The position numbers and the translations under genes were made by a program. Under the pieces are notes generated by a model. That model worked only from the letters and a program-made list of their open reading frames with translations, had not been told where the DNA came from and did no database searches. Shown piece by piece: positions 55,412 through 64,000 of a stretch of DNA of 64,000 bases. This DNA is from Candidatus Nomurabacteria bacterium. GTDB taxonomy: Bacteria > Patescibacteriota > Minisyncoccia > Phycocordibacterales > UBA2100. The stretch lies in the NCBI GenBank assembly GCA_943356775.1, contig CALRFU010000004.1, forward strand, positions 8,546 to 72,545. Reading direction: 5' to 3'. Within the stretch, counting starts at the first letter, position 1. The number at the start of each line of letters is the position of its first letter.

Positions 55412-57109
55412 TTAGTTACCAATCGACTCGAGCATGACCTCGTCGTGGAGGTCTACGACACGCGAGAGTTCATCGAGCGAGGTTACGCCCTGCAATACTT
55501 TCACGACGCCGTCTTGCGACATGCGACGAATCTTTTGGTGTGAGGCGGCTTTCCAGATGTCGCGCTCCGAAGATGTGTGACGCACGCACTCTTCTATTTC
55601 GTGGTCCATGAGGATGACTTCCACAACCGCGATGCGGCCTTTGTATCCGAGCCCTCCGCATTTCTCGCAGCCCTTGGGGAGCCACATAGTGTCGCGATTC
55701 GCAGGGAGTTCGTCTCCGTGGGGGATGTTGCGCAAGAGTGGTTCCATCGTCTTCTTATCTTCAGGCCCGATTGGTGTCGGCACGCGGCAATGCGGACAGA
55801 GGCGGCGCACAAGGCGTTGTGCCATCGCGACCGTCAGCGCTGCACCCAGAATATCCGCGTTCACACCCATGTCGATGAGGCGGGGGAACGTACCTGCGGC
55901 GTCGTTGGTGTGCAGTGTGGAGAACACCAAGTGTCCGGTGAGGGACGCGTTCACTGCTGTCGAGGCGACTTCAGCATCGCGGATTTCTCCGACCATGATT
56001 ATGTCCGGGTCTTGGCGGAGTGTCGAGCGCAGGCCGAGTGCGAATGAATAGTCTTTTGAGACCTGCGTTTGCACGAGTCCGGGCAAGTGATATTCAATCG
56101 GGTCTTCAATCGTGACGACCTTAATTCCGGGATTCGCCACCTGACGCAAGAATGCGTAGAGCGTCGTCGTCTTTCCGGAGCCTGTCGGACCGGTGTTGAG
56201 TATCATGCCGTTCGGTTTTGCAATTTCACGGGCGAAAATATCCATCAGGTATTTGTCGAAGCCGAGCGCTTCCATCGGGAGTGCAATCGTCGACGGGTCC
56301 AAAATACGCATAACGATCGTCTCTGCATACGCGCCCGGCAAGACCGAGGCGCGGATTTCAATTTCTTTCTTGTTGACCTGAATAGAGAAGCGACCGTCTT
56401 GCGCGGCGTTTTTTATGTTGAGCTTGAGACCCGAGAGCAGTTTGAGGCGGCTCGAGATGAGCGCGTACGTTGCTGCGTCGAATGTCGTCACCTCAATGAG
56501 CACTCCGTCGAGTCGGTAGCGCATGCGGACAGACTCTTCTTCAGGTTCAAGGTGGACGTCGGAAGCGCCGAGCGATAAGGCGCCCGCCATGATGATTTCG
56601 AGGACGCGTGAGATTCTGTGTGTGTCTTTGGAACCCGCGTGTGATTGAATTTCAATCTTCACATCCTCGAGCTTCTTCAGCTTCTCGAGCATTTGTTGGA
56701 TGGTTTCGTTGGAGAGCGTGAGAATTCCCGCCTCGGTCTCTGTAGCAAACGATATATCGTGATAGCGGTCCCATGCGTGGTCGAGCGACGCTTTGGAAAC
56801 GATGAAGCGACGCACGGTGTACCCAAGCTTCTCTATGTTTTGGATGACCTGAATCCCATCGGGTCGCTCGGGGGCACGCATGGCGAGGAAGAGATTCTTG
56901 TTGACCTTGTGGAACGCCGCCACCTCCGCGGCCCGCGCGACCTTCTCTTCGACGATACGCAGAGCGTCGGTATCGATGGATTTTGAGGTGAGGTCTACGT
57001 ACTCAATACCGTATTTAGTCGAAAGCATTTCGGCGAGCTGCTCCTCTTCTTGCGCGCGAAGTTCAAGGAGTCGTTCCTCCTGTTTTTTCTCGTTGAACTG
57101 TGTAGCCAT
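55412..57109 (-). CDS. pilB: Type IV pilus assembly ATPase PilB/GspE
   Basis: ASDVHLEP, QDGRF, GPTGSGKTTTLY, EDPIEY, RQDPD, TGHLVFSTLH, two CxxC. Confidence 0.93.
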   Translation of the reverse strand: MATQFNEKKQEERLLELRAQEEEQLAEMLSTKYGIEYVDLTSKSIDTDALRIVEEKVARAAEVAAFHKVNKNLFLAMRAPERPDGIQVIQNIEKLGYTVRRFIVSKASLDHAWDRYHDISFATETEAGILTLSNETIQQMLEKLKKLEDVKIEIQSHAGSKDTHRISRVLEIIMAGALSLGASDVHLEPEEESVRMRYRLDGVLIEVTTFDAATYALISSRLKLLSGLKLNIKNAAQDGRFSIQVNKKEIEIRASVLPGAYAETIVMRILDPSTIALPMEALGFDKYLMDIFAREIAKPNGMILNTGPTGSGKTTTLYAFLRQVANPGIKVVTIEDPIEYHLPGLVQTQVSKDYSFALGLRSTLRQDPDIIMVGEIRDAEVASTAVNASLTGHLVFSTLHTNDAAGTFPRLIDMGVNADILGAALTVAMAQRLVRRLCPHCRVPTPIGPEDKKTMEPLLRNIPHGDELPANRDTMWLPKGCEKCGGLGYKGRIAVVEVILMDHEIEECVRHTSSERDIWKAASHQKIRRMSQDGVVKVLQGVTSLDELSRVVDLHDEVMLESIGN

Positions 57110-57131
57110 AGCAATATTGTACTATGGCGAT

Positions 57132-57593
57132 ATGGAACTACCGACCCGTTCCCTCGCAGAGCTCAACGAGGCCGCAAACCGCTTAATCGCGGAGCTATCG
57201 CCGCACCCGAAGACTGCCACCCTCATCACTCTCTCAGGAGAGCTGGGCGCGGGGAAGACCACTTTTGTACAAGCAATGGCGAGGACTCTCGGAGTCGAAG
57301 AAACGGTCACAAGCCCGACATTTGTTCTTGAAAAAATATACAAATTGGAAGGGCGCCAGTTTTCACACCTCGTTCATATTGACGCGTATAGATTGAAAGG
57401 AGCCCACGAACTCGAAGCACTCGGATGGAAGGAGCTCCTCGCCGATTCAGGGAATCTCATTGTGCTCGAATGGCCGGAGCGGGTAGCAGAGGTAATTCCC
57501 CACGACGCCACCCGCATCACATTCGACATTGTGGACGACGGGCGTATCATCACTGTTGATGGTCAAGAAAAAAACGGAAAAAACATCGTCTAA
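57132..57593 (+). CDS. tsaE: tRNA t6A biosynthesis ATPase TsaE
   Basis: GELGAGKTTF, VTSPTF, H.DAYRL, EWPE. Confidence 0.95.
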   Translation: MELPTRSLAELNEAANRLIAELSPHPKTATLITLSGELGAGKTTFVQAMARTLGVEETVTSPTFVLEKIYKLEGRQFSHLVHIDAYRLKGAHELEALGWKELLADSGNLIVLEWPERVAEVIPHDATRITFDIVDDGRIITVDGQEKNGKNIV

Positions 57594-59973
57594 AAAACCT
57601 TTGCGGCTTGTTTTGCTTGATTCGCACGCCATTTTGCATCGCGCGTATCACGCGATACCGGATTTTTCTACGTCGAAGGGCGAGCCGACGGGCGCGCTCT
57701 ACGGGCTCACGACCATGCTCTTGAAGACGATCGACGAATTGAGTCCCGATTATATTGTCGCTGCGCGCGATCTCCCCGGAGGGACCTTTCGCCATACATT
57801 ATTTGAAGAGTACAAAGGCACACGCGCGGAGGCGGACCCTGCGCTCATCGAACAACTCAAAAAAGCGCCGGAGATTTTCGAGGCGTTCGGCATTCCCGTC
57901 TATTCTGCACCCGGATTCGAAGCAGACGACGTGATCGGGACGATCGTACATACGCTCAAGAAAAATAAAGATATCAATATTGTAATCGCGACCGGGGACC
58001 TCGATACGCTACAGCTTGTCGACGGAAAAAAGGTGCAAGTGTTCACCCTGCGGCAGGGGATTACGGACACGATTATCTACGACGAAGACCGCGTGCGCGA
58101 GCGGTACGGATTTGGTCCCGAGCTTGTGCCTGATTACAAAGGGTTGCGCGGCGACCCGTCGGACAACATCAAGGGTATCAAGGGTATTGGAGAAAAAACC
58201 GCCGAAGCTTTAATTACAAATTTCGGATCCATCGAGAATATATACACGATTTTGAAAGAAGATTCTGCCGCGTTTGAAAAAGCGGGAATCAAGAAGCGAA
58301 TCGTCGAATTGCTTATCGCGGGAGAAAAAGATGCGCGATTTTCAAAACAGCTTGCGACCATCAATCCCGAAGCGCCGATAGATTTTAAATTGCCAGAAAA
58401 AACGTTGGATATACTCGAGCACATCGCTGCAATTGAGGCGATGTGCGACACGTATGAATTTCGCTCCGTCAAAGAGCGGTTGCGTTCCCGGTTGAAAAAT
58501 CTATCTGCAACAGGTGTGGTCGCTGAGCCAGACGAGGCGGCGGAAGATGTCGATTCGATTGCTTTGAAAGAAGTTGCGACCATGCTCTGGCTCCTGCATT
58601 CCGACATGACGAATCCGACCCTGCAACAGATACTGGATTACGCGCAGACAAAGAAATTTGCCGAGGCGCACACAATGATTGAAAAAGAATTGCGTGAGAC
58701 GGGGCGATTGTGGGAGGTGTATGAAAACATAGAGAAGCCGCTTATTCCCGTAGTTCTACGCATGAATGCGGCGGGAGTCTATGTCGACAAGTCGCGTCTC
58801 AAAGCGCTGGCCGACGAATACAACAAAGAGCTGGGGATTCTTGCGGGAAAGATATATGCGCACGCCGGCCACGAATTCAATATTAATTCTCCGAAACAGC
58901 TGGGGGTGATCCTCTACGACGAGCTCAAAATAAATCCCGTGAAGCAAAAGAAAACCGCGGGCGGAGCCCGGACGACGCGCGAAGAAGAGCTCATAAAATT
59001 AGCCCCGCTGCACCCCATCATCGACGACATTCTCGGCTACCGGGAACTGCAAAAACTTCTCTCAACGTATATCGAGAAAATGCCGGCGCTCATCGGAAGT
59101 GACAACCGCCTTCATGCAGAATTCTTGCAGACGGGTACGACCACGGGCCGCATGGGGTGCCAGAATCCGAATCTCCAAAACATTCCGATAAAATCAGAAT
59201 ACGGGCGCCGCATACGCACCGCATTTGCGGCACCGGAAGGGCGAGTGCTCGTCGCGCTCGATTATTCGCAGATAGAGCTTCGCATCGCTGCGGGGCTCTC
59301 GGGAGATGAGAAATTAGTGCGGATATTTCAGGACGGCGGCGACGTGCACGCGGCTGTCGCGGCGCAGGTTTTCAATGTGCCGCCCGAATTGGTGGACCAT
59401 GAGATGCGCCGCCGCGCCAAAGTGATTAATTTCGGCATTCTCTACGGCATGGGGGTCAACGCACTGCGCGCGAATCTCGGTGCTTCAGTTACACACGAAG
59501 AGGCCGCGGCGTTCCTCTCGGAATATTTCAAGAATTTCTCCGGTCTCGCGCGGTATATCGAGCACACAAAAGCTGAAGCGTCCCGGAACGGATACACCGA
59601 AACACTTTTCGGACGTCGTCGTTATTTCGCCGGATTTAAATCTTCTATTCCAGGTCTGCGCGCGCAGGCAGAGCGTATGGCTGTGAACGCGCCAATGCAA
59701 GGGACCCAATCCGACATCATTAAGCTTGCGATGGTGGAAGCGGACGCGCTCATCGAAAAAAACGGTTGGCGCGACAGCGCGAAGCTCGTGCTCCAGGTCC
59801 ATGACGAACTCGTGTATGAGCTCGATGCAAAAATTGCCGGAGAGGCGACGCAGATGCTGCGGGGTGTTATGGAATCTGTTATCGATATCAAAGAGCTGAG
59901 CGGTGTCCCCATTTTGGTGGAAGCCGCGGTGGGAGAAGATTGGGGTACTCTCAAGAAAGTGTTGCGTGCATAA
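57559..59973 (+). CDS. polA: DNA polymerase I (5'-3' exonuclease + polymerase; 3'-5' exonuclease region largely missing)
   Basis: EADDVIGT, GDPSDNI.G, DYSQIELR, AKVINFGILYG, QVHDEL. Confidence 0.96.
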   Translation: MVKKKTEKTSSKKPLRLVLLDSHAILHRAYHAIPDFSTSKGEPTGALYGLTTMLLKTIDELSPDYIVAARDLPGGTFRHTLFEEYKGTRAEADPALIEQLKKAPEIFEAFGIPVYSAPGFEADDVIGTIVHTLKKNKDINIVIATGDLDTLQLVDGKKVQVFTLRQGITDTIIYDEDRVRERYGFGPELVPDYKGLRGDPSDNIKGIKGIGEKTAEALITNFGSIENIYTILKEDSAAFEKAGIKKRIVELLIAGEKDARFSKQLATINPEAPIDFKLPEKTLDILEHIAAIEAMCDTYEFRSVKERLRSRLKNLSATGVVAEPDEAAEDVDSIALKEVATMLWLLHSDMTNPTLQQILDYAQTKKFAEAHTMIEKELRETGRLWEVYENIEKPLIPVVLRMNAAGVYVDKSRLKALADEYNKELGILAGKIYAHAGHEFNINSPKQLGVILYDELKINPVKQKKTAGGARTTREEELIKLAPLHPIIDDILGYRELQKLLSTYIEKMPALIGSDNRLHAEFLQTGTTTGRMGCQNPNLQNIPIKSEYGRRIRTAFAAPEGRVLVALDYSQIELRIAAGLSGDEKLVRIFQDGGDVHAAVAAQVFNVPPELVDHEMRRRAKVINFGILYGMGVNALRANLGASVTHEEAAAFLSEYFKNFSGLARYIEHTKAEASRNGYTETLFGRRRYFAGFKSSIPGLRAQAERMAVNAPMQGTQSDIIKLAMVEADALIEKNGWRDSAKLVLQVHDELVYELDAKIAGEATQMLRGVMESVIDIKELSGVPILVEAAVGEDWGTLKKVLRA

Positions 59974-59975
59974 AT

Positions 59976-60611
59976 ATGTTGTATTTCTACACAGGAACAG
60001 ACAGAAAAAAAACCCGGTCGGCGCTCGATGCGGCGGTCAAAAAAGCGGCAAAAAAAGATTCACACATCGTACGTATTACAGATACGAATGTGCCGGCGGA
60101 TCTCGTTGCAGCACTCGGGGGCGGGGGAATGTTCAACGAATCCCGCGTGGTCGTGCTCAATGGGGTTCTTTCGAACGAAGAGATGAGGTCGGAATTGTTG
60201 GAATCCTTGAAGCGCATCCGAGATTCGGAAGAAATTTTCTTTATTCTCGAGGAGAAGCCGGATGCTGCGACACGCAAACAAATCGAGAAGTACGCTGAGA
60301 CGTCAGAGCGGTACGACAGTCCCGCCGCCAAAAAGGGTGCAGATATTTTTGCGATAGCCAATGCGCTTCGGCGTGCCGACAAGAAAGCGCTCTGGGTAAA
60401 TTACCAGCAGCAGCTTGCGGAAGATGCGGCGCCGGAAGCAATACATGGAGTTCTTTTTTGGGCTGCAAAAGATATGGCGCTCAAAGCGCGCACCGATGCG
60501 GAAAGAATGCGCGCACAACGGCTTCTGATAGAGCTTGCCGAGCTTCCGCATGAATCCCGTCGGCGGGGTTTTGAGCTCGAGTACGCGCTTGAATTGTTCG
60601 TTCTTCAGTAG
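59976..60611 (+). CDS. Probable DNA polymerase III delta (HolA)-like protein
   Basis: MLYFYTG.D start, MF...VVVL, IFAI..AL pattern; short and divergent. Confidence 0.6.
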   Translation: MLYFYTGTDRKKTRSALDAAVKKAAKKDSHIVRITDTNVPADLVAALGGGGMFNESRVVVLNGVLSNEEMRSELLESLKRIRDSEEIFFILEEKPDAATRKQIEKYAETSERYDSPAAKKGADIFAIANALRRADKKALWVNYQQQLAEDAAPEAIHGVLFWAAKDMALKARTDAERMRAQRLLIELAELPHESRRRGFELEYALELFVLQ

Positions 60612-60626
60612 GTTATACTGTTTTGC

Positions 60627-61292
60627 ATGCAGGCGTTTATAGCTGCCTTCCTTGTACTCCTTTTTCCGTTTACATCGTTTGCAGCCCTCACAACGGGCCC
60701 CTTCGATTCCGTGTCGGTCCGCATCTTGGGCAACCTCGGCGTACCTCCCACTGATGCCATAAGCGCGAATTCTTCATTCCTCACCTCAATCGAGGCTCCA
60801 AAAGCGGTCGGGCTCAATGTCGTCGGCGCGACGGGTGGACTCACCCATCCCGCTTGTATCGCCGAGACTATCCGCCGCGCCAATATGAAACCTCCTCAGC
60901 CTCCTCCCGCGGGGGATTTTCCTTGCATCGTGCCTGCGGCGTCAGGTATCGTCGACGGTGTATGTTTTGTGAATGTATGCAAAGGAATTGCGTCGACGGG
61001 GCTCGATGGAATTATGGCGGCCCTTAAAAGTATTGGTTCTCTGGGCGGAATAGTGAGCGGGATATTGTCGAAGCTCCTACAGGGAGGCTCAAGTGCGCCG
61101 GACAGTCCGCCCCCGAGTGTCAGTGACTCCATCACAACCATCGTCACGCCGCCCGCGTCTCAGAGCATCTCGACCAATCTCGCACAACCCCTCGACACCG
61201 CCCTTTTGTTCAGGGAGTCAGCCGTCATTGTGAGCGACCTGCTCTTTTCCCTGAATCCTCCGGTAGTGCAGGGTGCTGGCAGTGCGAGGTAA
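60627..61292 (+). CDS. Secreted Cys/Pro-rich hypothetical protein
   Basis: Signal peptide; shares motif with next ORF. Confidence 0.75.
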   Translation: MQAFIAAFLVLLFPFTSFAALTTGPFDSVSVRILGNLGVPPTDAISANSSFLTSIEAPKAVGLNVVGATGGLTHPACIAETIRRANMKPPQPPPAGDFPCIVPAASGIVDGVCFVNVCKGIASTGLDGIMAALKSIGSLGGIVSGILSKLLQGGSSAPDSPPPSVSDSITTIVTPPASQSISTNLAQPLDTALLFRESAVIVSDLLFSLNPPVVQGAGSAR

Positions 61293-61313
61293 GCGGTGTG
61301 ATAGTATTTACAT

Positions 61314-62678
61314 ATGAATGTGCGTGATCAATTAGTTTTGAATCAGATGGTTCGGATGTGCATACTAGTGTTCAGCATTCTTTTTTTCTTGATGCCACAT
61401 GCGGTTAGTGCCGAGGGGGGGAATCTCGATGCGGTCGCGAATGCGATGTGCAAGGCGGAAGTAACACGCCGCGCTGCGCGGAAACCGCCCATACCTCCTC
61501 CTCCAGCCCCACCGTTTGCGTGTGAAGGACCTCATACAACGGGAACGTGCATGGGGGCAATCTGTAAGGGAACGGCTTTCAAGCCAGATGGTGGTCAGCC
61601 GGGAGGTGCGGCTGGTCTCGACCAAGTGATGAAAGCGCTCGGCGACCTCTTCGGCAAGCTCATGCAGGGCAAGCCGCCGGGCGGCTCTCCGCCGCCATCA
61701 ACACCGCCTACGACGGGAACGGGTGGTACAGGTTGTCAGGGGACGATTTTCCAAACCTCCGATATTTCACAAATTTCAAACCCGTGTGCGCGGTACACGC
61801 CACCAGTATCCACAGAGATTCCGACGGACCCGGGTTCATGTTCGACACTCAATGAGCTCCTCGGATTGTGTACGAATAATCCGGGCAACTGCCCGGCTGT
61901 CCCCGTGGTAGATTGCGCACCCGGGAACCGTCCGGTTTCGGGAGGCAAAGACGCCAACGGATGTGTCCTTAGGGATACCTGTGTACCGGATACCGCTGCC
62001 ACGACCACCGCTTCGACGACACCGAATACGGGAACACCTATTGTGTTCTCAACTACGACAGGGGTCTTCGTCGTTCCGCCAGGAGGCTTGCGGGGGGATA
62101 TCAACACACAGGTGACGGGGGCGACCGTCATTGGGGGTGCACGCGATACGCAGAGCAATGTCGAGGTCGCAGGTTTTTATGGTTCGGAAACGTTTAACGG
62201 GGGGTCGCAAGGTCTCGTTGGTTCGTGGTGCAAATCCCGTCCGTGGGCGACCAACTTCCTTTCGAAGATAATCACGCCGACGTTCTTCGACAATCTTTGC
62301 ACGTCGCGCGGCTTCCAAGTGGGCACTCCACCCCCAGCACCCGCAGTAGTCCTCCAGCAAACTCCTAAGCCAAAACTAAAACCGGTTGTTGCAACTACAA
62401 CAGCCGCCACAAGTACCACTTCCGGGGTCAAACCCAAGGTAGATATTTGGGCGGTTCCTGCGTCGGTCCCTCTCGGAGGCCGCACATCGGTCTTCTGGAA
62501 TACCCAAGGCGTCACGAACTGCACAGAGACATCTCCGAACGGCGGCTTCAGCCAAAATTCACTCTCCGGCGGCGCGGCAACACAGCCTATTACCGCTGCG
62601 ACAACATTTTCCATTTCATGCTTGGCCCCAGACGGTTCGCCGGTGACGAATTCCGTCACGGTGAATTTGAAAATATAA
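61314..62678 (+). CDS. Secreted Cys/Pro/Thr-rich hypothetical protein with C-terminal Ig-like module
   Basis: Signal peptide; numerous Cys; W...GV.NC...TF.ISC C-terminus. Confidence 0.8.
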   Translation: MNVRDQLVLNQMVRMCILVFSILFFLMPHAVSAEGGNLDAVANAMCKAEVTRRAARKPPIPPPPAPPFACEGPHTTGTCMGAICKGTAFKPDGGQPGGAAGLDQVMKALGDLFGKLMQGKPPGGSPPPSTPPTTGTGGTGCQGTIFQTSDISQISNPCARYTPPVSTEIPTDPGSCSTLNELLGLCTNNPGNCPAVPVVDCAPGNRPVSGGKDANGCVLRDTCVPDTAATTTASTTPNTGTPIVFSTTTGVFVVPPGGLRGDINTQVTGATVIGGARDTQSNVEVAGFYGSETFNGGSQGLVGSWCKSRPWATNFLSKIITPTFFDNLCTSRGFQVGTPPPAPAVVLQQTPKPKLKPVVATTTAATSTTSGVKPKVDIWAVPASVPLGGRTSVFWNTQGVTNCTETSPNGGFSQNSLSGGAATQPITAATTFSISCLAPDGSPVTNSVTVNLKI

Positions 62679-62681
62679 GCT

Positions 62682-63914
62682 GTGAACGCATTCGAGGAAG
62701 CGCAGGAGCAGCTCAAGCGCTCGCTCGCAATTTTCCCGGTAGGGAATCAACTCCGCACACGACTCACGCGCGCAGAGCGTGAAGTGACCGTTTCCATTCC
62801 GCTCACGATGGACAACGGCTCGACCAAGGTGTTCGAAGGGTATCGTGTTCAGTACTCGAATCTGCGGGGTCCGTACAAAGGAGGTATCCGTTTTCATCCC
62901 GATGCGGATATCAATGAGGTTACAGCCTTGGCGTTCTGGATGACATTTAAATGTGCCGTCACGAACATTCCGATGGGCGGTGGGAAAGGCGGAATCACCG
63001 TCAATCCGCGGGAACTTTCAAAAGGAGAGGTTGAACGCTTGTCCCGGGGGTGGGTGAGGGCATTGGCTCCGGTGCTTGGTCCTGAGCGTGATGTTCCGGC
63101 TCCCGACGTAAACACAACGCCGGAAATTATGACCTGGATGGCAGACGAGTATCAAAAGCTGACGGGAGACACACGCAACGCGACATTCACCGGAAAGCCA
63201 ATAGCGCAGGGCGGCTCTGAGGGCCGGGGGGTTGCGACGGGGATGGGCGGATTTTATGTATTCGAAGCGCTGCGCGATGTGCTGAAGTTGCCGAAAACCG
63301 TCTCTGTCGTTATACAAGGAATGGGAAATGTCGGAGGGAATGCTGCAAAGATTTTTCACGAGCATGGGCACACAATCCTCGCGATGTCCGATTCGAAAGG
63401 CGGCATATATTCCGCGGGCGGACTTGAGCCGGAGGCAGTAGAGAAATACAAAAAAGAAAACGGGAGCCTTGAAGGGTTTCCAGGCGCGGAGCACATAAGC
63501 AACGAGAAACTTCTGGAACTCTCATGTGATGTGCTCGTCCCTGCCGCACTCGAGAATCAGATAACGCAAAAGAATGCCCAGAGCATCAAGGCAAAAGTAG
63601 TGCTCGAATTGGCAAACGGTCCGACGTCTACGAAGGCGGATGATATTTTGTTTAGGAAGGGGATTGCGGTGGTTCCGGATATTCTCGCGAATGCCGGAGG
63701 GGTTGTCGTCTCGACGTACGAGTGGGAGCAAAACCTGAAGAACGAACATTGGAGCGAGAAGGATGTGCTCAACAAACTCCGCGAATTGCTCAACCGAGAA
63801 TCGAAGAATGTGTGGGAACTTAGTGTGAAGTTGAGTACTGACCTTCGTCGCGCGGCTTTCGCTCTCGCACTCGAGCGGCTTGAGGAATCTCTTGACGCGA
63901 AAATAGCGAAGTGA
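62682..63914 (+). CDS. gdhA: Glutamate dehydrogenase (Glu/Leu/Phe/Val family)
   Basis: GPYKGGIRF, GGGKGG, PAPDVNT, QGMGNVG, ELANGP, PDILANAGGV. Confidence 0.95.
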   Translation: MNAFEEAQEQLKRSLAIFPVGNQLRTRLTRAEREVTVSIPLTMDNGSTKVFEGYRVQYSNLRGPYKGGIRFHPDADINEVTALAFWMTFKCAVTNIPMGGGKGGITVNPRELSKGEVERLSRGWVRALAPVLGPERDVPAPDVNTTPEIMTWMADEYQKLTGDTRNATFTGKPIAQGGSEGRGVATGMGGFYVFEALRDVLKLPKTVSVVIQGMGNVGGNAAKIFHEHGHTILAMSDSKGGIYSAGGLEPEAVEKYKKENGSLEGFPGAEHISNEKLLELSCDVLVPAALENQITQKNAQSIKAKVVLELANGPTSTKADDILFRKGIAVVPDILANAGGVVVSTYEWEQNLKNEHWSEKDVLNKLRELLNRESKNVWELSVKLSTDLRRAAFALALERLEESLDAKIAK

Positions 63915-64000
63915 TTCTTGTAAGGCCGGACAATGACAGCGCCATTATCGGAGGAAGGCTGTTTTAGTAGCGGTGTACGCCGTTGCTGCCGAGAGGTTTG

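Noticed and set aside
1-64000. CRISPR array, rRNA, IS transposase
   Set aside because: No regularly spaced repeats, rRNA signatures or transposase ORFs found by eye.
1-64000. Alternative genetic code (TGA read as Gly)
   Set aside because: Conserved genes are full length under code 11 and several end in TGA (e.g. purA, gdhA).

Overview
Core-chromosome segment of a reduced-genome bacterium, by gene content most likely Patescibacteria/CPR (Parcubacteria-like; this assignment is inference). It uses genetic code 11 (TGA acts as stop). The window spans the replication origin (jag-yidC-rnpA-rpmH <> dnaA-oriC-dnaN) and holds housekeeping genes (rny, HU, cca, xth, xerC-like, rarA, rpsO, pnp, comM, purA, pcrA, rsmA, PBP1A, ruvC, yebC, ruvB, pilB, tsaE, polA, gdh), four tRNAs and a 13-kb T4SS-like membrane-protein cluster (VirB6-, PrgI-, VirB4- and pilin-like) with no relaxase or coupling protein. 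Most notable: (1) a TTCGAC-xx(x)-GCTCA mini-repeat inserted in frame in three conserved enzymes, once nested in itself, plus intergenic palindromes with 5-bp flanking duplications; (2) an HTH + LAGLIDADG-like ORF whose stop codon is supplied by the first 10 nt of tRNA-Gly; (3) a 368-aa PcrA intein with a GIY-YIG-like rather than LAGLIDADG interior; (4) several unannotated structured RNA candidates, some with their own promoter and terminator; (5) pervasive leaderless gene starts. All calls come from reading the sequence; no searches or folding programs were run.
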